The notes below the pieces were generated by a model, which searched no databases, was not told the DNA's origin, and worked only from the letters and a program-made list of their open reading frames with translations. A stretch of 64,000 bases of DNA from Octopus vulgaris (Eukaryota). The stretch covers positions 13,950,001-14,014,000 of the forward strand of contig OX597817.1 of the NCBI GenBank assembly GCA_951406725.2, given 5' to 3'. Shown here in pieces: positions 54,887 to 64,000 of this stretch (position 1 is its first letter; the number at the start of each line of letters is the position of its first letter). The position numbers and the translations under genes are program-made.

Positions 54887-55075
54887 AGGGAAAAAAGGAA
54901 GAATTAAAACCTCTGAGTTAAGAATTAAATATACAGGAGATACAAATTTATCTGAAAAGAGATTCTCTGACATCTGATGACATCATTCCCGCCAAGGTCA
55001 AACCATGTATACATACATACATACATACATACATACATACACACACATACATACATACATACATACATACATACA

Positions 55076-55111
<36 letters not shown>

Positions 55112-55214
55112 TATCGGTCACTTAATTGCCTTGGAAACCAGGTAACCTGTCCTGTAAGTCCAAGGACTCGACAGCAATGTTTAGGGACTGATGTTGATTA
55201 TACATACATGCATA

Positions 55215-55640
55215 AGTGCAGGAGTGGCCATGTGGTTAGAAATCTGCTTCTCAATCACATGGTTCCGGGTTCAGTGAAACCGCGTGGCACTTTGGCCAAA
55301 TGTCTTCTACAATAACTTCGGGCTGACAAATGCCTTGTGAGTGGATTTGGTTGACGGAGACTGAAAGAAGCCCGTTGCATATATACATATAGTCATGTGT
55401 GTGTCTTTGTGTTTGCGTTTGCCCCCTCCCCCCACATACACACGCACTATCGCTTGACGATTGATGTTGGTGTGTTTATGTCCCCGTAACTTAGTGGTTC
55501 GGCAAAAGTGACCGATAGAATAAGTACTAGGCTTACAAAGAATAAGTCCTGCAGTCGATTTCTTCGACTAAAAATCCACTTAAGGCGGTGCTCCAGCATG
55601 GCCGCAGTCAAATTATTGAAAAAAGTACAAGAAAAGAATA
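55215..55640 (+). mobile_element. SINE family A, diverged
   Basis: Family A head, body and tail with many substitutions. Confidence 0.85.
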
Positions 55641-56127
55641 AAATACATTCATGCATGCATACATGCATTCTTACATACACACACACATACATACATACAT
55701 ACATACATACATACATACATACATACATACATACATACATACATACATACATACATACATGCATTCATGCATTCATGCATGAAGCCAACTGAGGCAAGAA
55801 CACGTGACCACAGCTGAACTCGTGTCTTCAGACAATCAGATGCGTTTTGACAGAATGCCATATAAGTTTTGAAGAATAGTTGATTTTTGAAATTATCTAC
55901 TTCCTCATTTGGAACTGATACCAACTGCCACCAAGCGATTGGTCAACCTTCACAGGAAGCTGAGATAATTTCTATAAAGCAAAAATGTTATTTGATCTAC
56001 TCTTATTCGTCTTTGTTGTTCAAATGCATGACACCAGCCCCTCTGAATTATTTCTCTGAACTCATTTCTGTTTCTCTTACGTATGTGTGTGTATATGTGT
56101 GTGTGCGCGCGTGTGTGTATAAATATA

Positions 56128-56358
56128 TATTTCTTTACTACCCACAAGGGGCTAAACATAGAGGGGACAATCAAGGACAGACAAACGGATTAAGTTGATT
56201 ACATCGACCCCAGTGCGTAACTGGTAATTAATTTATCGACTCCGAAAGGATGAAAGGCAAAGTCGACCTCCTCGGAATTTGAACTCAGAACGTAACGACA
56301 GACAAAATACGGCTACGCATTTCGCCTGGCGTGCTAACGGTTCTGCCAGCTCGCCGCC
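56128..56358 (-). mobile_element. SINE family B
   Basis: Family B reverse complement. Confidence 0.9.
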
Positions 56359-56394
56359 TTGTGTGTATCAATACATCCTTATGTAATGGACTGG

Positions 56395-56720
56395 ACTGGC
56401 ACTCCGTCGCTTACGACGAAGCGGGTTCCAGTTGAGCTGATCAACGGAACGGAACTACCTGCTAGTGAAATTAACGTGCAAGTGGTTGAGCACTCCACAG
56501 ACACGTGTACCCTTAACGTAGTCCTCAGAGATATTCAGCGAGACACGGAATGTGACAAGGCTGGTCCTTTGAAATACAGGTACTACTCATTTTTACCAGC
56601 TGAGTAGACTGAAGCAACGGGAAATAAAAAGTCTTGCTCAAAAACACAACACGTCACCGGGAATTGAACTCACGACCTTACGATTATGATCCGATTACTC
56701 TAACCACTAAACTACGCGCC
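56395..56720 (-). mobile_element. Diverged SINE with D-like head and C-like 3' part
   Basis: 56395-56585 matches the family C 3' half; 56590-56720 matches the family D head (cagctgagt..actg.agcaacg.gaaataaa.gtcttgctcaa). Confidence 0.7.
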
Positions 56721-57520
56721 TTTCTGTGATATAAACAGAGACTCAATGCTCTAAGGAATAACGGAATCAAAATAATAAACATGTAAGAACATGCAAGCAA
56801 AATAATCTACAAAGCCGCTGTCCTCTTTCATTTTCGCGTCCTCTCTCTTCTCCCATTTCTCTTCTCTCCAATGATTTCGATGTAAAACAAAAGTCAAAGG
56901 AACATAATTTTCACATTACGGCCAGAGCGTCACTATCAGGAGCGTCACTTTTCCGTAACGTGGATGATATGTCAGTATATTCGACGTATGCTGTTGAGTT
57001 TATTCGTTTAGTCGTTCATTATACATGCACGCACGCACAAACACACACAAACACAACACAACAGAAAACACAACTTACCCAAACGCATTGTGTATATATA
57101 TATATATAGGCGTGGTCTCACACATTTTTGTGAAACGTCATACTCATTCATGTAAGTTAGTCACGGTTAGCCTAACAAGCGATAGCAATGATAACCATCG
57201 CTCTGTGTTACATTAGTCTCAGTTGTTGATCAACAGAATATTAATATTAACGATAATCCTCCTAATATTAACGGGATTTTGATTTCCGATGCCGTTGATG
57301 TTGTGTAGCCCCCAAATCAACCTTCTTTGAGAAAATCCTATGATCAGATGCATTCAAAACCGTAACTAGCTCATGTTTTTTTAATATTTTTTAGGGATAT
57401 TTATTTGTGACTTCGTTATCTATAAAGCTGTTGTTAGAACAGGGGGCTTTGTGACCGTGCTAACACACGTTCGAATCGTGGTCGCGGCCACCTCCCTCAA
57501 GTTTGATAGGGACAGGTCTA

Positions 57521-57879
57521 GGTACTACTTAAGAAGAATGGTCCCGGTGCGCGCACTCGCGTACTCGCGGATCCGCGCTAGCTAGTCATGACTAGTCAAT
57601 CCTTACTTTGCGTTTTTGTTATATTTACTTTTTTTTTATTTTTATTTTATCTAGTTTCAGCTCACGAGCTGTGGCCATGCTGGGGCACCGCCATTTGTTT
57701 AAAATTTTTTATTTACTTTGTGTTTTTGTGCTTTATTTACTTTATGTAAAAAAATATTTATTTTGTGTTTTATTTACTTTGCCAGGTAGTCGTTGTAGGA
57801 TCGACAAGTCACGACTAGCTAGCGCGGATGCGCGAATACGCGAGTACGCGCACCGGGACCACTGTTCTTAAGTAGTACC
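57521..57879. mobile_element. MITE with ~80-bp CpG-rich TIRs, Merlin-like
   Basis: GGTACTACTTAAGAA...GGTCCCGGTGCGCG... / ...CGCGCACCGGGACC...TTCTTAAGTAGTACC; 8-bp TSD caggtcta / catgtcta. Confidence 0.8.
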
Positions 57880-57889
57880 CATGTCTAGG

Positions 57890-58265
57890 TGTGTGGTTAA
57901 GATACGCACTTTCCGGTGGCATGGTTTCCGATTCAGTTCCAATGCGTGGAACCTTGGGCACGAGTCTTCTACTGCAGTAGTAGGCTGTTTAATGCCTTGT
58001 AAGGGAATAAACGGAAACTGTGTAGAAGCCCGTCGTGTATATGCATGTATGTGTGTATGTGTATCGTTGCATTTGTCCCCTACTACTACTTAACAACCGG
58101 TGTTGGTTTTTTTACGTTGCTGTGTCTTAGCGGTCCGGCAAAATAAACCGATAGCAATACCAGATTTTAAAATAAATACTGGGGTCGATTTGCTTGGTTA
58201 AAACCCTTCAAGGTGATGCGCCAGATTGACCGCTGTCTAATGACTGACACAAATAACAGAAAGAA
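57890..58265 (+). mobile_element. SINE family A, old diverged copy
   Basis: Degenerate family A head to tail. Confidence 0.7.
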
Positions 58266-58964
58266 ACGTATTTTAAAAATGATAATGTGTGATCTGAGTG
58301 AAATTTAGCTGCTATCTATAGCAGGTCGGATGATCATGTAAAGGCATCATCGTTGCCATAACTTTTTGCCGGTCTTCGAGGAAAGACGTCCCAGGCCTTA
58401 CCATTCCATCTCCTTGTTTTTTATTTTAACACAGCTGTGTTCTAGGGAAATTTGACTGCTGTTTCTAGCATATTGGATGACTGACCACGTACGGTCTTCA
58501 TCGTTGACTCAGTTAGCTGTCAATCCTAATGAAGCAGAGTTATGAGAAAAGGCGTTTCAACCCCTGCTTTTCTCTCTATCTAGGGACTTCATAATGTATC
58601 TACTTAAAAAAAATAACAGGTGTGATTTGAAGGAGTTTTGGCTTTTATATCTAGCATACCGAACAACCTGATAGGGGTTCCATTGTTGAGTCGTGCAGCA
58701 TGATATAATATGGGGATCAACGACACAAACTGTCATTTTGTAAGCACACTCGCCTTCGTGAATTTTATGATCCTGTGCTCTTTACGTTACCGCATGTCTA
58801 AAATAACCAACAAACAAAACACTAAATAAACGCGAAATAATAGGGACGCGTGTACGAGTATAAGTGTGTATGTGTCAGTGTGTGTGTGTGTGTGTGCGTG
58901 TGTACGTGTGTGTGCATGTATGTACGTATATATATGTGTGTGTGTGTGTGTGTGTATATGTATG

Positions 58965-59051
<87 letters not shown>

Positions 59052-59227
59052 ATATATATATCGGCGTGGCTGTGTGGTAAGTAACTTTCTTACCAGCCCA
59101 GCCACATGGTTCCGGATTCAGTCCCACTGCGGGGCAGCTTGGGCAAGTGTCTTCTACTATCGCCTCGGGCTGACCAAAGCCTTGTGACTGGATTTGACAG
59201 ACGGAAATTGAAATAAGCCCTTCTTAT

Positions 59228-59270
<43 letters not shown>

Positions 59271-59274
<4 letters not shown>

Positions 59275-59607
59275 TAAAGACCCCCTTCGGTCATGAATGA
59301 CCATGGGATTGCACCTAGGAAGTTACCCTCCTAGACACAAGTCCGGGCAAGGTTGTTTTTTATGGAAGACCAGCAGTCGCCCATGCATACCAGCCTCCCC
59401 TCTCCACGCCACCAGTGTTATCCAAGGGAAAGACAAAGGTCGATACAGCTTGGCACCAGTGACGTCGCAACTCATTTCTACAGCTGAGTGAACTGGAGCA
59501 ACGTGAAATAAAGTGTCTTGCTCAAGAACACAACACGCAGCCCGGTCCGGGATTCGAGCTCACAACCTCACGATCGTAAGCTCGACGCTCTAACCACTGA
59601 GCCATGC

Positions 59608-59610
<3 letters not shown>
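59271..59610 (-). mobile_element. SINE family D (tRNA head)
   Basis: Minus strand ggcgcatggctcagtggttagagcg...gagctcgaatcccgg A/B boxes, then ttcttgagcaagacac...ttcactcagctgtagaaatgagt. Confidence 0.88.
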
Positions 59611-59638
<28 letters not shown>

Positions 59639-59799
59639 CGGCGTGGCTGTGTGGTAAGTAACTTTCTTACCAGCCCAGCCACATGGTTCCGGATTCAGTC
59701 CCACTGCGGGGCACCTTGGGCAAGTGTCTTCTACTATAGCCTCGGGCTGACCAAAGCCTTGTGACTGGATTTGACAGACGGAAATTGAAATAAGCCCTT

Positions 59800-59830
<31 letters not shown>

Positions 59831-59839
<9 letters not shown>

Positions 59840-60024
59840 AAAATGAGGTAATCAGATCAGATGGTTCATATTTGTAGATATTTATTTATATATTACATTT
59901 TTTACATATATATCATATCATATGATCTGAATGATATGATATATATGTAAAAAATGTAATATATAAATAAATATCTACAAATATGAACCATCTGATCTGA
60001 TTACCTCATTTTTTCTAATATATA
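59831..60024. repeat. ~90-bp-arm palindrome (9-nt loop) inside the SINE's (TA)n
   Basis: 59831-59921 is the reverse complement of 59931-60020 except for A-run length. Confidence 0.92.
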
Positions 60025-60422
60025 ATACCTGTACATCATCTCCAAACCTTCCGATATATATATATATATATATTCGTGTGTATGTATGTGTGTTTGTGTG
60101 TCTGTGTTTGTCCCCCTACCATCGCTTGACAGCCGATGCTGGTGTGTTTACGTTCCCGTAACTATCGGTTCAGTAAAAGACACCGATAGAATAAGTACTA
60201 GGCTTACAAAGAATAAGTCCTGAGGTCGATTTGCTCGACTAAAGGCAGTGCCCCAGCCTGCCCGCAGTCAAATGACTGAAACAAGTAAAAGAGTACAAGA
60301 ATGAAAGAGTATGCATGTATGTATGTATGTATGTATGTATGTATGTATATATATGTGTGTTTAAGTGCGCGCGCGCGTGTGTGTGTGTGTGTACACATGT
60401 AGGATTGATTGGCTGGTTGAAA

Positions 60423-60813
60423 TGATGGATGGATGGACGGATGGATTGATGGATGGATGAATGGATGGATGGATGGATGGATGGATGGATGGATGAATGG
60501 ATGGATGGATGGATGGATGGATGGATGGATGGATGGATGGATGGATTGATGGATGGATGGATGGATGGATGGATGGATGGATGGATGGATTGATGGATGG
60601 ATTGATGGATGGATTGATGGATGGATGGATGGATGGATGGATGGATGATGGATGGATGGATGGATGAATGGATGGATGGATGGATGAATGGATGGATGGA
60701 TGGATGGATGGATGGATGGATGGATGGATGGATGGATGGATGGATGGATGGATGGATTGATGGATGGATGGATGGATGGATGGATGGATGGATGGATGGA
60801 TGAATGGATGGAT
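60423..60813. repeat. (GGAT)n microsatellite
   Basis: Directly visible. Confidence 0.97.
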
Positions 60814-61436
60814 CACAGTCGGCTTCGGCGATGAGAATTCAGTTGTTTGATCAACTTAAATACATGTCCATTTGAATTAATATGTGAGTGGTTGAGCATT
60901 CCACAGACATGTGCACCATTGATGTAATTCTTAGGTAGAATCAGTGAGTGTGACGCCGTATGTGACAAGGCTGAGCCTTTGAATTACAAGTACAATATAT
61001 TAGACGTGCTCCTAAACATTTTCCGTCGACCCGATAACAGTCATAGATTATGGGTACATTCGAGGCTGTACAAAATCAGCTCTACACTGCAGCCATGATA
61101 TGGCACCGCTTCGAAGGCTTTTGCAGATCATATCAACCTCTTTACTCTTTTACTCTTTTACTTGTTTCAGTCATTTGACTGCGGCCATGCTGGAGCACCG
61201 CCTTTAATCGAGCAACTCGACCCCGGGACTTATTCTTTGTTTTTCATGGCGGTACATTGCTTTTTATAGTAGTATGGCAGCTCGTGCTCCTGAACTGGGG
61301 AAATCTGAGAGTAATAGTTCAAAACTCAGCAGGAGTCTCGCTACAAATATTTCAACAATTCATTAATAAATGTCTGTCATGTCCAGCCCTAGTTCATTTC
61401 AGCGATTTTATAAATTTGCCGTCATTTAATCTTGTT

Positions 61437-61860
61437 TACTCTTACTCTTTTACTCTTTTACTTGTTTCAGTCATTTGACTGCGGCCATGCTGGAGCACCG
61501 CCTTTAATCGAGCAACTCGACCCCGGGACTTATTCTTTTGTAAGCCCAGTACTTATTCTATCGGTCTCTTTTGCCGAACCGCTAAGTGACGGGGACATAA
61601 ACACACCAGCATCGGTTGTCAAGCAATGCTAGGGGGACAAACACAGACAGACAAACATACACACATACATATATATATATATATATACATATATACGACA
61701 GGCTTCTTTCAGTTTCCGTCTACCAAATCCACTCACAAGGCTTCGGTCGGCCCGAGGCTATAGTAGAAGACACTTGCCCAAGATGCCACGCAGTGGGACT
61801 GAACCCGGAACCATGTGGTTAGTAAGCAAGCTACTTACCACGCAGTCACTCCTGCGCCTA
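61437..61860 (-). mobile_element. SINE family A, full length (extra tail copy at 61140-61240)
   Basis: Reverse complement of family A. Confidence 0.92.
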
Positions 61861-62256
61861 TTCAGGAGGATAAACCTCTGAATTTATTTTGTCCATCGCT
61901 TAATGGTATTTATTTTATCCATCTCTTAACGAACTGCCGTGTTACAGGACGTAAGCAGAGAGTACCGTTTATTTTTGTTTTTATAAGAATCGTTAATAAT
62001 TGTCTATTGTGAACAGAGACATCGAGAGAGACACATGAACAAGTACAAATGCGCACACTTGTATTGATAATTTTTCGCAAAAAGTAACGAGGATTTTGTG
62101 TGTGTGTGTGTGTGTGCACGACGGATTTCCGAACTACTTTTGTGAAGCAGTTTTTCCTCACAAGGCACTGAACAGACCGACACTTCTGGAGAGTTCGCTT
62201 GTTTGAGATATCACGCATGGACTGGAAACCACGAGCTGTGAGGTAAAATTCTTAAC

Positions 62257-62257
<1 letters not shown>

Positions 62258-62296
<39 letters not shown>

Positions 62297-62902
62297 TACA
62301 TACATACATACATACATGCATACATACATACATACATACATACATACATGCATACATACATACATACATACATACACACATACACACACACATACATACA
62401 TACATACATACACACATACATACATACACACATACATACATACATACATACATACATACATACATACATACATACATACACATACATACATACATACACA
62501 TACATACATACATACATACATACATACATACATACATACATACATACATACATACATACATACATACATACACATACATACACATACATACATACATACA
62601 TACATACATACATACATACATACATACATACATACATACATACATACATACATACACACATACATACATACATACATACATACATACATACATACATACA
62701 TACATACATACATACATACATACATACATACATACATACATACATACATACATACATACATACATACATACATACATACATACATACATACATACATACA
62801 TACATACATACATACATGCATACATGCATACATACATACATACATACATACATACATACATACATACATACATACATACATACATACATACATACATACA
62901 TA
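62258..62902. repeat. (CATA)n microsatellite
   Basis: Directly visible; source of the MYVC pseudo-ORFs. Confidence 0.97.
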
Positions 62903-62929
62903 CTCAAAGGCGTATCAGAGTCAGTAGGT

Positions 62930-63330
62930 ATTCACGCATTTACAAACAAGGAATTTTGGTAGAACAACACAATAAAAACATGAATTCAGTACAAACATAG
63001 CAGACCTGACATTCTTCTGTAGAACAGGGAATAAAAATCCTGCACTGTTGCAGAAGTCAGCTGTCCGCTGAATGTGAATGTACAATCAAGATTCCAGGAG
63101 AAAGACAACATTTATGGCGAATTAATCCGGAAATTACAGCTCTTGTACACTGACTATAAATTCTCATTTGTATCTATCATTATAGGTGCATTAGGCTATG
63201 TACATACAAATTTGCAGAAAAAAAACTAGAAATACTCTGCTTCATGGGAAAAGAGCAAAAGAAACTGACATGGATTCTCCAAATCCAACCAATGAAGATT
63301 TGTAAAACATTCCAAATATTCTCCATCTGA
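62930..63330 (+). pseudogene. Decayed RLE endonuclease domain of a non-LTR retrotransposon
   Basis: HSRPDILL*NRE*KSCTVAEVSCPLNVNVQSRFQEKDNIYGELIRKLQLLYTDYKFSFVSIIIGALGYV (RPD...E.S.P...K..Y...IGALG motif). Confidence 0.75.
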
Positions 63331-63534
63331 GAGTCTTATGTGAATAGATGCATACATTTGGGTGTATGCATCGACAATTCAAAAAACACACTAACTCAAC
63401 CGCTGGGAAATCTCATAATTTAAAATGTCTTGTCGCTTTGTTAGCAACCAGCTTAAAATTCCTCAAGAACTTTAAATAAAACTCAAAGAAAAATCTTATT
63501 TATAGTTTCGTTGGACTATATTTAAAGGATAGTA

Positions 63535-64000
63535 AGCCGGCGAGCTGGCAGAATCGTTAGCACGCTGGGCGAAATGCGTAGCCGTATTTTTGTCTGTCCT
63601 TTTTTTGTCCTCTCTGTGTTTAGCCCCTTGTGGGTAGTAAAGAAATAGGTATTTCGTCTGCCGTTACGTTCTGAGTTCAAATTTCGCCAAGGTCGACTTT
63701 ACCTTTAATCCTTTCGGAGTCGATAAATTAAGTACCAGTTACGCACTGGGGTCGATATTATCGACTTAATCTGTTTGTCTGTCCTTGTTTGTCCCCTCTG
63801 TGTTTAGCCCCTGTGGGTAGTAAAGAAATAGGTATTTCGTCTGTCGTTACGTTCTGAGTTCAAATTTCGCCAAGGTCGACTTTACCTTTCATCCTTTGGA
63901 GTCGATAAATTAAGTACCAGTTACGCACTGGGGTCGATATTATCGACTTAATCTGTTTATCTGTCCTTGTTTGTCCTCTCTTTGTTTAGCCCCTTATGGG
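63535..64000 (+). mobile_element. SINE family B head-to-tail multimer (runs off window)
   Basis: Units joined at aaagaaata|ggtatttcgtctg. Confidence 0.9.

Larger units (their letters stand above)
59061..60305 (+). mobile_element. SINE family A with duplicated head and two nested inserts
   Basis: Head at 59061-59228 and again at 59638-59805; body resumes at ~60075 after the palindromic insert. Confidence 0.85.

Noticed and set aside
53362-54895. Inverted ttttcccttt / aaagggaaaa flanks as TIRs around the LINE
   Set aside because: Only 10 bp of low complexity; the element has LINE hallmarks, so this is likely chance.
57441-57500. tRNA-like or structured RNA (gttcgaatc B-box)
   Set aside because: No cloverleaf or A box could be built; only a loose hairpin.
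59540-59610. Genuine tRNA genes (also 9580-9655)
   Set aside because: A/B boxes are present but continue into SINE bodies, with TSDs in family C copies; these are SINE heads.
62158-62962. 200-250-aa MYVC/HTYI ORFs (and similar ORFs throughout)
   Set aside because: Translations of (CATA)n, (TA)n, (CA)n, (GGAT)n and (CT)n microsatellites.

Overview
AT-rich, microsatellite-saturated eukaryotic non-coding DNA (intergenic or deep intronic). I can support no host protein-coding exon, and nearly all ORFs in the track are microsatellite or SINE artefacts. The repeat content suggests an octopus/cephalopod genome; this is inference from recalled families, not a search. The window holds: (1) many copies of at least four tRNA-headed SINE families (labelled A-D here); (2) non-autonomous Helitrons (A|TC...hairpin-CTAG|T); (3) hAT-, piggyBac- and Merlin-like MITEs with TSDs; (4) decayed RLE-type (R4/Dong-like) LINE pieces sitting in (TAA)n tracts; (5) decayed L1/Tx1-like pieces; (6) the 5' end of a Ty3/Gypsy element; (7) a young 5'-truncated CR1/L2-group LINE RT (53391-54886) broken by one 20-bp templated insertion; (8) a ~64-copy 24-bp minisatellite. 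The most interesting signal is a set of hammerhead-ribozyme motifs. One is a complete type I hammerhead at 36490-36538 inside a perfect 64-bp foldback; several others are minimal or degenerate. They sit in short non-coding modules inserted in (TA)n tracts, often as inverted repeats, and two of them flank the minisatellite. This resembles a diverse population of Penelope-like pLTR or retrozyme-like mini-elements.
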